From Candidatus Omnitrophota bacterium (GTDB lineage Bacteria > Omnitrophota > Gorgyraeia > VGKH01), in contig JBDRFF010000020.1 of assembly GCA_043819095.1 (NCBI GenBank), forward strand, positions 35,890-99,889: a stretch of 64,000 nucleotides of DNA, in the 5' to 3' direction. The number at the start of each line of letters is the position of its first letter. The stretch's first letter is position 1. Below are positions 18,320 through 28,845 of the stretch, one piece after another. The translations under genes were made by a program, and so were the position numbers. The notes under the pieces are model-generated. The model was given only the letters and a program-made list of their open reading frames with translations, was not told where the DNA came from and did not search any database.

Positions 18320-20422
18320 TTATGACTCCTTTAATTTTCTGGCGATTTTCTCGATTTCGTAAACTTGAACTACATCACCTTTTTGGTAATCGTCAAAATT
18401 GCTTAGCGTAAGACCGCATTCAAAACCCTCGGCGACATCACGAACATCGTCTTTAAATCTCTTCAGGCCTGAAAGGTTTCCTTCGTAAATCACTTTTCCG
18501 TTGCGTAAAAGTTCTGCGTAAGAATTGCGCATGACCTTGCCTTTTTGGACAAAACAACCGGCAACTTTGCCTGCCTTTGTAAGCTTAAAAACCTGCCTGA
18601 TCTCTATGCGTCCCAAAAAGTTCTTTTTTATCTTTGGCTCCAATAAACCTTCCAGCGCTGCTTTTATATCATTTATGGCATCATAGATTATCCGATATGT
18701 ACGTACATCCACGCCCTCTTTATCTGCGATTTCTTTCGCCTGAGCTTCGATAGTCACGTGAAAACCGATTATTACGGCGTTAGATGCGGCTGCCAAAATT
18801 ACGTCAGAATTATTTATCGAGCTAATCCCTGAATGTATAGTTACAAGCTTTACTTCTTTTGTAGAAAGTTTTTCTAAAGAGTCCTTTAAGGCCTCAAGGG
18901 AGCCCTGAACATCTGCCTTTAAGATAATCATTAATTCCTTTACCTTGCCTTCTTTGACCTGGGAATATAAATCTTCTAAGCTAATTCGCTGGATAGGCTG
19001 AGTTTCCTTTTGTCTCTTTAATTCAACTCGTTTTAGGCAGATTTCCTTTGCTTTTTTTTCATCGTCGCTAACTAGAAAATGCTCTCCCGCCTCCGGCAAT
19101 CCTGAAAGCCCTAAAATTTCCACCGGAGAACCCGGCGTTGCCTGCTCTATTGGTTTTTCTCTGTCGTTTAACAAAGCCTTAATTCTTCCATAATAATCTC
19201 CAGCAATAATTATATCCGACTTTTTCAATGTACCATTCTCTACAATTAATGTTACAATAGGACCTTTACCTTTACTTAGTCTGGCCTCCACCACTACTCC
19301 GGAAGCACTTCTGTTATAATTTGCTTTGAGCTCAAGAAGCTCTGCCTCAAGAAGTATCATCTCTAATAAATTATCTATACCTTCGCCGGTTTTTGCAGAT
19401 ACACCTACAGCTACGGTCTTACCGCCCCAGTCTTCCGGAGCAAGGTCATATTTTGAAAGTTGTTTTTTTACTTTATCAATATCTGCTTGTGGTCTATCGA
19501 TTTTATTTATAGCCACAACTATAGGAACCCCTGCTGCCTTTGCATGATCGATTGCCTCGATTGTCTGGGGTTTAATTCCTTCGTCCGCTGCCACAACCAA
19601 TACTACTAAATCAGTGATATTCGCTCCTCTGGCACGCATAGCAGTAAATGCCTCATGACCCGGCGTATCCAAAAAAGTAATTCTTCCTTTATTGATTTTA
19701 ACTTCGTAAGCGCCGATATGTTGAGTGATACCTCCATGTTCTTTTTCGGTAATTTTACTTTTTCGTATCATATCAAGAAGCGATGTCTTACCGTGATCAA
19801 CATGCCCCATAAAGGTAACTACTGGAGGGCGGAAAGTTAACGAAGATTTATCTTCGACTACTTCGTGTTCCTGAACTAGTTTCTCCTCTTCGGTAAGAAC
19901 CTTACGAAAACTAAAGCCAAGGGGAGTAGCGATCTTTTTCAATGCCTCCTCATCAAGGGGCTGATTTAGAGTAACCATCAAGCCCATCTTTATTAATTTA
20001 GAAATAATTACATTGGGTTTTTCTTGAAGCTTGTTGGAAATCTCTCTTACATTGATAGGAAAATCTACCTCGATTTCTTTTAAAGCGGGCTTTGCTTCTA
20101 TTGGTGGTGGGGGCGGCGGCTTGACTACTACCTCGGGTTTCTTTTCCTCAACAACTGTTTTCTTTTCAATTACTTCTTCTTTAGGCTTCCTTCTCGGCAT
20201 TCCCCTTGGTTGAACCTTCGGCTTTGCCTTTGGTTTTGGCTTCACCTTAGGCTTCTCTTTTTTTACTGACTTTGGTTTTTTAGGTTCTTTTTTAAGAAGC
20301 TTGACAGCTTCAGCCGAGACCAAACTCATGTGGCCTTTGACTTTAAAGCCCAGAGTATTTAGCTTATCTATAATCTTCTGGCTTGAAACCTTTAATTCTT
20401 TAGCTAATTGATGAACACGCAT
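18320..20422 (-). CDS. infB: Translation initiation factor IF-2
   Basis: 700 aa; K/P-rich N-terminal linker, GTPase G1 [24 protein letters not shown]. Sits in the nusA-infB context. Confidence 0.9.
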   Translation of the reverse strand: MRVHQLAKELKVSSQKIIDKLNTLGFKVKGHMSLVSAEAVKLLKKEPKKPKSVKKEKPKVKPKPKAKPKVQPRGMPRRKPKEEVIEKKTVVEEKKPEVVVKPPPPPPIEAKPALKEIEVDFPINVREISNKLQEKPNVIISKLIKMGLMVTLNQPLDEEALKKIATPLGFSFRKVLTEEEKLVQEHEVVEDKSSLTFRPPVVTFMGHVDHGKTSLLDMIRKSKITEKEHGGITQHIGAYEVKINKGRITFLDTPGHEAFTAMRARGANITDLVVLVVAADEGIKPQTIEAIDHAKAAGVPIVVAINKIDRPQADIDKVKKQLSKYDLAPEDWGGKTVAVGVSAKTGEGIDNLLEMILLEAELLELKANYNRSASGVVVEARLSKGKGPIVTLIVENGTLKKSDIIIAGDYYGRIKALLNDREKPIEQATPGSPVEILGLSGLPEAGEHFLVSDDEKKAKEICLKRVELKRQKETQPIQRISLEDLYSQVKEGKVKELMIILKADVQGSLEALKDSLEKLSTKEVKLVTIHSGISSINNSDVILAAASNAVIIGFHVTIEAQAKEIADKEGVDVRTYRIIYDAINDIKAALEGLLEPKIKKNFLGRIEIRQVFKLTKAGKVAGCFVQKGKVMRNSYAELLRNGKVIYEGNLSGLKRFKDDVRDVAEGFECGLTLSNFDDYQKGDVVQVYEIEKIARKLKES

Positions 20423-21597
20423 TATCCTTCTTTCTCTGTTTTACCTGTAAGCTTGTTTGCTTCTTGAATTATTACTTCGGCCTTTTTCTTGCCCAAGCCT
20501 TTTATCTTTGAAAGTTCCTCTATTTTTGCCTGAGCTAATTTCTCAAATGTATCAAATCCAGCTTCTTTTAAAGAATCGGCGACCTTTGCGCCCACGCCGG
20601 GTAGATCTGTAAGGCTCGGCGCTTCTTTAGCAGCTTCCTTCTTTTCCTTCTTTTCCTTCTTAACTTCTTTACTGCGAATGTCTAATTCCCATTCAGTGAG
20701 TTTCGAGGCTAATCTTACATTCTGTCCGTGCTTACCAATTGCTAATGAAAGTTGATCTTCGGGAACAAGTACCTCTGCCCTTTTTGTCTCCTTATTAAAA
20801 ATTACCTTATCGATCTTCGCAGGATTTAAGGCGGCACTAACGAATTCTCTTGCTTCATCTGACCAACGCACAATATCAATTTTTTCACCATGCAATTCAG
20901 AAACGATGTTTTTTACACGCTGGCCGCGCATGCCTACACAGGCACCTACACAGTCTACTTTTTCATCTTTGGACCTGACTGCTATTTTGGTCCGTTCTCC
21001 GGGTTCGCGAGCGATAGCCTTTATCTCTACGATTCCTTCATATATCTCAGGAACCTCAAGCTCAAACAACTTCTTAACCAGATTTGGATTTGTACGAGAC
21101 AAAATAATCTGCGGACCTCTGGTTTCTTTTTTTACCTCAATAATGTATGCACTGATACGCTCGCCCTGATGAAATTCTTCTTTACGTGATTGTTCGCTCT
21201 TAGGAACAAGTCCCTCCGTCTTATTTAAATCGACGATGATATTGCCTCGATCGAATCTGTAGACGCTACCCGTGACCAACTCTCCGACTTTGCTCTGAAA
21301 TTCTCCGTAGACTACCTCTTTTTCAGCCTCACGGATCTTCTGAATAATCACCTGCTTGGCTGTCTGGGCAGCAATGCGTCCGAATTCACTAGACTTTATC
21401 TCTTTCTTTCCGGCGAAGGCTTTTATCTGACCTGTTTCTCTGTCTAATTCTACCTTAATTTCAACTTCTGGGTCAGCCGCCCAGATCTTTCTGGCAGCAC
21501 TTACTAAAGCGGATTCGACCGCCTGGATAAGGACTTCTTTCTCTATTCCCTTGTCGCGCTCGATCTGTTCAAGTATAGATAGTAATTCTTCGCTCAT
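20422..21597 (-). CDS. nusA: Transcription termination/antitermination factor NusA
   Basis: 391 aa; S1 and KH domain pattern, C-terminal HhH (LPGVGAKVADSLKEAGF). Confidence 0.9.
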   Translation of the reverse strand: MSEELLSILEQIERDKGIEKEVLIQAVESALVSAARKIWAADPEVEIKVELDRETGQIKAFAGKKEIKSSEFGRIAAQTAKQVIIQKIREAEKEVVYGEFQSKVGELVTGSVYRFDRGNIIVDLNKTEGLVPKSEQSRKEEFHQGERISAYIIEVKKETRGPQIILSRTNPNLVKKLFELEVPEIYEGIVEIKAIAREPGERTKIAVRSKDEKVDCVGACVGMRGQRVKNIVSELHGEKIDIVRWSDEAREFVSAALNPAKIDKVIFNKETKRAEVLVPEDQLSLAIGKHGQNVRLASKLTEWELDIRSKEVKKEKKEKKEAAKEAPSLTDLPGVGAKVADSLKEAGFDTFEKLAQAKIEELSKIKGLGKKKAEVIIQEANKLTGKTEKEG

Positions 21598-21612
21598 TAT
21601 AGACCTCTCTGA

Positions 21613-22065
21613 TTAAAATATTTTCTTTGCCTTGTTGATTTTATCTATAGGTATCTTTATTTCTTTATCCTCGGTTTTTATAACAACTATATCATCTTCT
21701 GCTGAGATTATTTTGCCTGCAATCTCTATCCTGTCCTCCACGGGCTCACGAAGAAAGATTTTGACGTCTTTATCCTTGTTTCGGATAAAATCCTTAATCG
21801 TCAGAAGCGGACGATCTAGCCCTGGAGATGAGACCTCTAACAGAAAACTTTCCTGAATGACATTTTCCTTATCTAAAAGGTCGCCGATATCCTCGTTTAA
21901 TTTGGTGCAATCATCAAGACTAATCCCGCCGCCGGGTTTATCCACAAGAAACTTTAAGTTAATTCTTTTTCCTCCACTATAAATATGTAAATCGACTAAA
22001 TCGATGCCATAATTCTCAAATAAAGGCATTACTATTTCTTTAATTTTATCGGTTTCTACGTACAT
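21613..22065 (-). CDS. rimP: Ribosome maturation factor RimP
   Basis: 150 aa upstream of nusA; conserved rimP-nusA-infB synteny; LEVSSPGLDRPL motif. Confidence 0.8.
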   Translation of the reverse strand: MYVETDKIKEIVMPLFENYGIDLVDLHIYSGGKRINLKFLVDKPGGGISLDDCTKLNEDIGDLLDKENVIQESFLLEVSSPGLDRPLLTIKDFIRNKDKDVKIFLREPVEDRIEIAGKIISAEDDIVVIKTEDKEIKIPIDKINKAKKIF

Positions 22066-22067
22066 CT

Positions 22068-23327
22068 CTATCCGCCTTTTAAAACAAGAGTTTTAATCTT
22101 TTGTACTACGTTTTCTTTATCTACTGTAATAACCTTATTTCCTCGACGTAGATTTATCTCTGCTTTACCTTTTTTGAGATTCTTTTCACCAATAGTTATC
22201 CTTAAGGGGACACCGATTAAATCAGCGTCTTTGAATTTTACGCCTGCGCTTTCCTGCCTATCATCTAGTAAAACTCTAAGGCCCTGTTTTTCTAAATCAA
22301 CATAATATTTTTCAGCTAAACTACTGACATTTTTATTGGAAGATTGTACGGGCAAGATCAATATATCGAACGGGCTGATTTCTTTTGGCCAGATAATTCC
22401 ATGCTCATCATAATTCTGTTCAATGATGGCAGAGATTATTCTGCTTACGCCAATACCATAGCAGCCCATAATTATCGTCTGCTGTTTGCCTTTTTCATCA
22501 AGATAGGTTGCGCCTTGAACTTTACTGTATTTTGTCCCGAGCTGAAATACATGTCCGACCTCTATTGTCTGTCTCTGCTCCAGCCCTGTTTTACATTTAG
22601 GACAATCTTCTTTTTTTGAATCAGGCGCCAATGTCTTTGTAAATTTACATTTTTTGCAATGCAAAACCATGTCTTCGCCGCTTTGGGCCGGGACCATAAA
22701 TTCATGCGAGATACTTCCTCCCATTATCCCAGGATCTGCCTCAGTGATCAAAAACTTAAGTCCGCATCGTGTGAATATCTTCTTGTAAGCCTCCAGCATT
22801 AATTTATAATTCTTATCCAAGCCTTTTTGGTCGCGATCGAAACTATAAGCGTCTTTCATCACGAACTCGCAAGCTCGAATCAAACCAAAACGCGGGCGGA
22901 TCTCATCGCGAAATTTTGACTGAATTTGATAGAGAACTACGGGCAATTGTCTATAAGAACTAATGTGATTTTTTACTAAATCAGTAATCACCTCTTCGTG
23001 CGTTGGACCAAGGCATAGATTTCTCCCCTTACGGTCTTGGAAACGGATAAGGGTATCAGCCAGTTGTTTATCTCTACCTGTCTGCTTCCAAAGGTCTAAT
23101 GGCTGAATACAGGAAAGCAGTAATTCCTGAGCTCCGGCTTTATTCATTTCCTCTCGGATAATTGACTCAATCCTATTCAGCACCATAAGACCCAAAGGCA
23201 GATAAATATAAACTCCTGAGATAAGCATGCGGATCATCCCAGCGCGGAATAATAACTTGTGACTTACCGCCTCAGTACCTTCGGGCGCATCTTTTAGAGT
23301 TGGAATAAAAGTTTTTGACCAAAGCAT
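22068..23327 (-). CDS. proS: Proline--tRNA ligase, bacterial type, lacking the INS editing domain (replaced by a C4 zinc ribbon)
   Basis: 419 aa; class II motifs (FRDEIRPRFGLIRACEFVMKDAYSF; GCYGIGVSRI). A short CKKC-x16-CPKC insert sits where E. coli-type ProRS carries INS. Confidence 0.85.
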   Translation of the reverse strand: MLWSKTFIPTLKDAPEGTEAVSHKLLFRAGMIRMLISGVYIYLPLGLMVLNRIESIIREEMNKAGAQELLLSCIQPLDLWKQTGRDKQLADTLIRFQDRKGRNLCLGPTHEEVITDLVKNHISSYRQLPVVLYQIQSKFRDEIRPRFGLIRACEFVMKDAYSFDRDQKGLDKNYKLMLEAYKKIFTRCGLKFLITEADPGIMGGSISHEFMVPAQSGEDMVLHCKKCKFTKTLAPDSKKEDCPKCKTGLEQRQTIEVGHVFQLGTKYSKVQGATYLDEKGKQQTIIMGCYGIGVSRIISAIIEQNYDEHGIIWPKEISPFDILILPVQSSNKNVSSLAEKYYVDLEKQGLRVLLDDRQESAGVKFKDADLIGVPLRITIGEKNLKKGKAEINLRRGNKVITVDKENVVQKIKTLVLKGG

Positions 23328-23340
23328 AATATCATTCCTT

Positions 23341-24399
23341 TTAAGATATTTTTTTTATCTCCTTAACTAAGAAATCGATCGAATCTCTCTCGGACATCTT
23401 TTTGAAAATTTTCCCTTTTTTAAAAACGAGCGCTGAATGCCTTGTAAAAGCTATTCCTAAATCGGCTTCTTTTGCCTCGCCCGGACCGTTGACAATACAG
23501 CCCATTATAGCGATCCTCCTAGTAGCAGCCTTGTTTTTAGAACATGCTCCATTTAATCTATTTTTAAGATTATTTACTAGCTTTATCAAATCTACTTCGC
23601 AGCGACCACAGGTAGGACAACTGACAATCTCTAAAGAAGGTTTTCTTAAAGACAGAGACTGCAGAATTTCCTTAGCAACTATTATCTCATCCTCAGGTTC
23701 GCTAGTCAAAGAAACTCTGATAGTGTCGCCGATGCCTTCCTTTAGTAAAGTTGCGATTGCCAACGTAGATTTTATTGTTCCGGGAATAAGTGGTCCTGTG
23801 GCCGTAACGCCTAAATGAAAAGGATAATTACATAGTTTTGCCATTTTTTCATATGCCTTTATTGTATCATCCACGCCTGAAGCCTTAAGCGAAACAACGA
23901 TATCATAGAAGCGCAATCTTTCTAAAATCTTTATATAATCTAACGCACTTTTAACCATCGAACCAACTATAGAACCCCGAGACTTCTTTACCGACCCAGA
24001 ATTTATGCCTACCCTAATGGGTATTCGATGCTTTCTTGCCATATTCGCAACCTTTTTAATCTGACTTAGATTATAAATGTTGCCAGGATTAAGCCTGATT
24101 TTATCTGCGCCGTTTTTAATCGCTTCTAACGCAAACTGATAATTAAAATGGATATCTGCGACCAGCGGGACATCAGTTTTTCTTTTTATGTCTTTAATCG
24201 CTTTTGCATCTTTAATATCTTTTACGGCAACGCGGACTATATCTGCGCCTACTGACTTTAATCTGTTGATCTGCCTTACTGTAGCTGAGATATCTTTTGT
24301 ATCTGTCTTACTCATTGCCTGAATAGATATGGGGCTACTACCGCCCATCTTGAGATTGCCAACTTCTATAATCTTTGTCTTACGGCGCTTGATCTTCAT
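23341..24399 (-). CDS. ispG: 4-hydroxy-3-methylbut-2-en-1-yl diphosphate synthase (flavodoxin)
   Basis: 352 aa; KIKRRKTKIIEVGNLKMGG...ISIQAM N-terminus, C-terminal CPTCGRC Fe-S motif. Confidence 0.9.
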   Translation of the reverse strand: MKIKRRKTKIIEVGNLKMGGSSPISIQAMSKTDTKDISATVRQINRLKSVGADIVRVAVKDIKDAKAIKDIKRKTDVPLVADIHFNYQFALEAIKNGADKIRLNPGNIYNLSQIKKVANMARKHRIPIRVGINSGSVKKSRGSIVGSMVKSALDYIKILERLRFYDIVVSLKASGVDDTIKAYEKMAKLCNYPFHLGVTATGPLIPGTIKSTLAIATLLKEGIGDTIRVSLTSEPEDEIIVAKEILQSLSLRKPSLEIVSCPTCGRCEVDLIKLVNNLKNRLNGACSKNKAATRRIAIMGCIVNGPGEAKEADLGIAFTRHSALVFKKGKIFKKMSERDSIDFLVKEIKKIS

Positions 24400-25806
24400 C
24401 TAAATTATTTCTAAGAATTTTTTAACTACTTCCTTGTCAAAAACATTTCCTGCATTTTTGCGCAGTTCTTTCGTTGCCTCCAAAATACTCATTGCCCGAC
24501 GGTAAGGCCTATTGGAAGTCATTGCATCAAATGCATCGGCTACAATCATTATATTTAACGGCAAAGATAAGCTCTTAGCTTTAATTCTGTCAGGATAGCC
24601 TTTACCATTTAATCTTTCATGGTGAGAACGAATCAAACTGCGCAGCTTATCGAAAGAGCGAATCGGTTTTAAAATATTATCTCCTATTATTGGGTGTTGC
24701 TGAATAAGCTTTATTTCATCCTTGGTTAGCGGAGTTGTCTTATGTAAGATCTCATCCGGGATACCGATTTTTCCGATATCATGAACAATACTCGCATCCA
24801 TTAACATCTTAACTGTTTCTTCATCCAATTTAAATTCCTTTGCTATTCTGTAGCAATATTCGCCTACACGCTTACTATGGCCTCTGGTGTATGGATCTCT
24901 AGCATCTACCGCCATGGCAAGCGCATTGATTGTCTCAACATATGTCTTCTCAACATCCTGACTCAAACGATAATTCTCTAAGGCAATAGATATATGACTA
25001 GCTAGATCACTAAGAATAAACAGGTCATCCTCCGTAAAATCCTGACCGTTTAATTTATCATTTAAAGCGATAAGCCCAGTTACCTTGTTACTATAAACTA
25101 AAGGAACGCAAATAATAGCTGCACCGAAATTACTTTGGGATCTAGATAATATAACTGGCTTTTCCTTCTCGGCAACAGAGCCCAGAATTCCCTCGCCAAT
25201 TTTAATCCTATCTTCCTGTATCTGTTTATCACCGAAAGATATCTTGGTGAATAGCTCCTTATTTTTTTTATCGACTAACATCAATTTTCCATTCCTTGCT
25301 CCGATTGCCTGGGTTGTCGTCATAAGAATAAGTTCTAGGAATCTCTCTATATCTTGAAAAGATGCTACAGCCTTTCCTACGCGCGAAAGTATGTCCTGCA
25401 TCATCTTTTTGGATTTTTGAAGCTCTTTTATGTTTTCCTCTAATCTAGCGGTGATTCTATTAAACGATTCAGATAATTGATTAAACTCGCTTGCTCCATC
25501 GCTTTCAATGCGCGTAGAATAATCGCCATTAGCAACAGTCTTCACGCTTTTTGAAATTGAAACAAAAGTACGGATAAGATTTCTGGTTATATAAAATCCG
25601 ACTAATGCCGACCAGAATATCCAGAAGATTAACCATTTTATTTGCGTGGCACCTGTTTCGCTCTTGGGGACTACAACAAATCCGACTATGTAAAGCAACA
25701 ATAGTATCGGTATCAAAGACATCAATATGGCAGAAAGCAAAAATTTACGCCATAATGTGTCGTGTTTTATAGATCTCATCTTCAGTTTCGCCATTTTTCC
25801 CATCAC
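24400..25806 (-). CDS. Membrane-anchored HAMP-GAF-HD-GYP domain protein (putative c-di-GMP phosphodiesterase)
   Basis: 468 aa; two N-terminal TM segments, HAMP-like linker, GAF-like middle, HD-GYP signature HDIGKIGIPDEIL...HHERLNGKGYP. Confidence 0.75.
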   Translation of the reverse strand: MMGKMAKLKMRSIKHDTLWRKFLLSAILMSLIPILLLLYIVGFVVVPKSETGATQIKWLIFWIFWSALVGFYITRNLIRTFVSISKSVKTVANGDYSTRIESDGASEFNQLSESFNRITARLEENIKELQKSKKMMQDILSRVGKAVASFQDIERFLELILMTTTQAIGARNGKLMLVDKKNKELFTKISFGDKQIQEDRIKIGEGILGSVAEKEKPVILSRSQSNFGAAIICVPLVYSNKVTGLIALNDKLNGQDFTEDDLFILSDLASHISIALENYRLSQDVEKTYVETINALAMAVDARDPYTRGHSKRVGEYCYRIAKEFKLDEETVKMLMDASIVHDIGKIGIPDEILHKTTPLTKDEIKLIQQHPIIGDNILKPIRSFDKLRSLIRSHHERLNGKGYPDRIKAKSLSLPLNIMIVADAFDAMTSNRPYRRAMSILEATKELRKNAGNVFDKEVVKKFLEII

Positions 25807-26891
25807 CTGATATTATTTACCCAATTTACAACTTTTTCTATCACACCATATCTAATTAAGTCATTATAAAAAACAAACGATGCAACGAAAATAATAAAGC
25901 CAAGCCCCAGACGGCTAATCCACTCATCGGTCCTTTGAGAAAAAGGCTTGCCTCTTATTTTCTCTATTGCCAGCAGAAAAAGATGGCCACCGTCCAAAAT
26001 CGGAAGCGGAAGCAAATTGAATATTGCTAGACTCATACTCAAAATCGCCATTATATGAATCAGATAAACAACTCCCTGCTCAGCGGCCTTGCCGGTCATA
26101 AAAAATATGCCCAGCGGTCCAGTAACAGATTCTTTTAGAGAAATGCCCCCGGTTAACATCATGAATAAAGCCTTGAATGTCAGAGCGGTCATAAAAAATA
26201 ATCGCTTTCCGCCTTCCATAATTGATTCCCCTAAAGGATATTTTAGTTTTACAAACTCATCATCCTTGGGCCTTATGCCGATTAGACTAACCGTTGTCTC
26301 CTGACCGAATATATTCGTAATTGTTTCCTTTTTTGGTAGTATCTTAAATTTGATTTTTTTGCTGCCCCTTAAAACAGTTATATCTAATTTACCCTCTTTC
26401 TTATCAAATACAATCTCTTGCAATTCTTCCCAATGTTTTACGTCTTGGCCGTCAATATTGACGATATTATCTCCGGGTAACAATCCTGCTTCTTTAGCTG
26501 GAAAATCATCGATTAGCTCGCCTACTCCTGATGTAAAGGTTGGAAAACCGACGAAGAATACTAAACAAAAAAGCAAGAAGGCTAAAGCATAATTCAATAT
26601 CGGACCAAAAACGATAATACCTGCACGCTGCAAAGGCGGTCTAGAAAAATATTCCCACTTATTCCCTTTATATTCGTCTCTGTTGTCTCCGGCGAGCTTA
26701 ACGTATCCCCCCAAAGGAATCAGGCTTATTGCGTATTCGGTATGTTTTCTTTTGGTGCGAAAAAGCACAGGACCAAAACCCAATACGAATTTCTCAACTC
26801 TTATCCCTAGAGATTTAGCCACCATAAAATGGCCAAACTCGTGGACGACGATTAAAATACCTATTACGATTAAAAATACCAAGAAAGTCAT
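25803..26891 (-). CDS. rseP: RIP site-2 metalloprotease RseP
   Basis: 362 aa; HEFGHFMVAK zinc motif, PDZ segment, LDGGHL second motif. Sits in the uppS-cdsA-dxr-rseP context. Confidence 0.85.
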   Translation of the reverse strand: MTFLVFLIVIGILIVVHEFGHFMVAKSLGIRVEKFVLGFGPVLFRTKRKHTEYAISLIPLGGYVKLAGDNRDEYKGNKWEYFSRPPLQRAGIIVFGPILNYALAFLLFCLVFFVGFPTFTSGVGELIDDFPAKEAGLLPGDNIVNIDGQDVKHWEELQEIVFDKKEGKLDITVLRGSKKIKFKILPKKETITNIFGQETTVSLIGIRPKDDEFVKLKYPLGESIMEGGKRLFFMTALTFKALFMMLTGGISLKESVTGPLGIFFMTGKAAEQGVVYLIHIMAILSMSLAIFNLLPLPILDGGHLFLLAIEKIRGKPFSQRTDEWISRLGLGFIIFVASFVFYNDLIRYGVIEKVVNWVNNIR

Positions 26892-28039
26892 AGTGCCTTA
26901 TTTAAAATTAATTTATTTGCTTGCGCCCTCGCCCATTTATCAACTGATATTATCTGTGCAAGACTCGGGTTCTTAACTAATCTGTGTCTGAGTAAAACTG
27001 ATTTTATAATTCTGTGAATATCTAAATATCTAATTCTTTTCTCAAGAAAAGCCTTAACCGCTTCCTCGTTTGCGGCATTCAAAACGCACGGTGCCGTACC
27101 TTTTAACCTGGCAGCCTTGTAAGATAATCTTAGACAAGGGAATTTATCTAAATCTGGTTTCTTAAAAGTAAGATTCATTTTCCTAAAATCTAAATTTTTC
27201 AAATTTCCCTTCCATCTCTCAGGATAAGTTAATGCATATTGAATCGGTAGCTTCATATCAGTAATGCCTAACTGCGCAATTATGGTTCCGTCTATAAACT
27301 CAACCATGGAATGGATAATAGCTTCTTTATGAATTAATATCTCTACTTTATCGATATCAACACCAAACAACCACATTGCCTCGATTAATTCCAGACCTTT
27401 ATTCATTAAAGTTGCAGAATCAACGGTAATTTTCTTTCCCATTTTCCAGCGAGGATGTTTTAAAACATCCTTCAGGCTGATATTTCTAAATCTTCGCTTA
27501 GGGATATCATTTAAAGGTCCACCTGAAGCCGTTAGATAGATCTTTTTTAACTCTTTTTTGTCTCTATCCTGCAGGCATTGAAATATTGCGCTCTGCTCAC
27601 TATCTATGGGAACAATCTTAGTCTTGTATTTTTTTGCTTCTTTCATAATAATCGATCCGGCCATAACCAAAGCCTCTTTGTTGGCTAGTGCAACTGTCTT
27701 TCTGTGTCTAATCGCCTGTAACAAAGAATCCAAGGCGCTGCTTCCAGATATAGCCACAACCACTGTATGGATATTATTCGATGCAACCATTTCATTTAAC
27801 CCCGAATTTGTATCACAAATCTTAACCTTAGGAATATGACTATTTCTTAATTCCTCGATTTTTTCATTTCCTATCGCCGCAAATCTCGGATGAAATTTAT
27901 CTATCTGTTTTCTCAATAACTTATTATTTTTATGTGAACTTAAACCGACAACGCGAAATCTATTCGGAAAATCTGAGATTACATTTAATGTATTTTGTCC
28001 TATAGAACCGGTTGAGCCTAAAACTATTATATTTTTCAT
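26888..28039 (-). CDS. dxr: 1-deoxy-D-xylulose 5-phosphate reductoisomerase
   Basis: 383 aa; MKNIIVLGSTGSIGQNTL N-terminus, LANKEALV, PIDSEQSAIFQ motifs. Confidence 0.9.
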   Translation of the reverse strand: MKNIIVLGSTGSIGQNTLNVISDFPNRFRVVGLSSHKNNKLLRKQIDKFHPRFAAIGNEKIEELRNSHIPKVKICDTNSGLNEMVASNNIHTVVVAISGSSALDSLLQAIRHRKTVALANKEALVMAGSIIMKEAKKYKTKIVPIDSEQSAIFQCLQDRDKKELKKIYLTASGGPLNDIPKRRFRNISLKDVLKHPRWKMGKKITVDSATLMNKGLELIEAMWLFGVDIDKVEILIHKEAIIHSMVEFIDGTIIAQLGITDMKLPIQYALTYPERWKGNLKNLDFRKMNLTFKKPDLDKFPCLRLSYKAARLKGTAPCVLNAANEEAVKAFLEKRIRYLDIHRIIKSVLLRHRLVKNPSLAQIISVDKWARAQANKLILNKAL

Positions 28040-28842
28040 TTTAACACCGTACTCATATAAAAATAAAATGCCGGAACCGTAAATAAGAGACTGTCGATTA
28101 TATCTAAAACTCCTCCGATTCCTGGAAATATGTTCCCTGAATCTTTAACGTGACAATTACGCTTGATCAAAGATTCAGATAAATCTCCTAATTGCCCCAT
28201 TATCCCGAAGAATAATCCCATCATAGCTAAATGCATATTAGAAAATACTGCCTTTTCCGGTAAAAATACTCTGCTAGCTAAAGCCGCTAAAACGGCAAAG
28301 ATAAGCCCTCCGGCTGCTCCCTCAATTGATTTTTTCGGGCTGATACGCTTGATTAGAGTGCGTTTGCCCCAACGCGTACCTATCAGATATGCTCCGATAT
28401 CTCCAGCTTTTGTAATTAGCACTATCGCTCCAACTAAACTTGCTCCGTAAGGCAAAAGTCGCAATTTTATAATAAAGCTGAAAAACCAAGCAATATAAAG
28501 TATGCCGAAAAGCGTAGTGGAGATGCTTAATACCGCCTGCGTTTCTTCCCGACGGGTAAACTGCAGCAAGAAAATAAATACCAACATCAAAACTATGAAG
28601 AGCAATTCCCAATTTTTGGTTAATTCAAACTGAAAAGCAATCGAGAACGGAATGATTATTCCGATAGCCATTCCGAAATATTTATAAATATAAATTCCCT
28701 GTCTTTCGATTAACTTAAAAAATTCGTATAAGCCACCGATAATTAGTAAAATCGCGAAAGCGGAACATGCCCATTCAAATATAATTGCCAACGCCGAAAG
28801 GATAATTAAAAATGAAGCACTTAATGCTCTTTTTACAGTCAT
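28036..28842 (-). CDS. cdsA: Phosphatidate cytidylyltransferase
   Basis: 268 aa polytopic membrane protein; C-terminal KRxxxxKDSGxxxPGHGGxxDRxD-like motif (KRNCHVKDSGNIFPGIGGVLDIIDS). Confidence 0.85.
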   Translation of the reverse strand: MTVKRALSASFLIILSALAIIFEWACSAFAILLIIGGLYEFFKLIERQGIYIYKYFGMAIGIIIPFSIAFQFELTKNWELLFIVLMLVFIFLLQFTRREETQAVLSISTTLFGILYIAWFFSFIIKLRLLPYGASLVGAIVLITKAGDIGAYLIGTRWGKRTLIKRISPKKSIEGAAGGLIFAVLAALASRVFLPEKAVFSNMHLAMMGLFFGIMGQLGDLSESLIKRNCHVKDSGNIFPGIGGVLDIIDSLLFTVPAFYFYMSTVLK

Positions 28843-28845
28843 CTC

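Noticed and set aside
20200-20300. Low-complexity K/P-rich repeat (KPKxKPK) region on the minus strand in infB
   Set aside because: It is the normal flexible N-terminal linker of IF-2, not a DNA-level repeat element or a mobile insertion.
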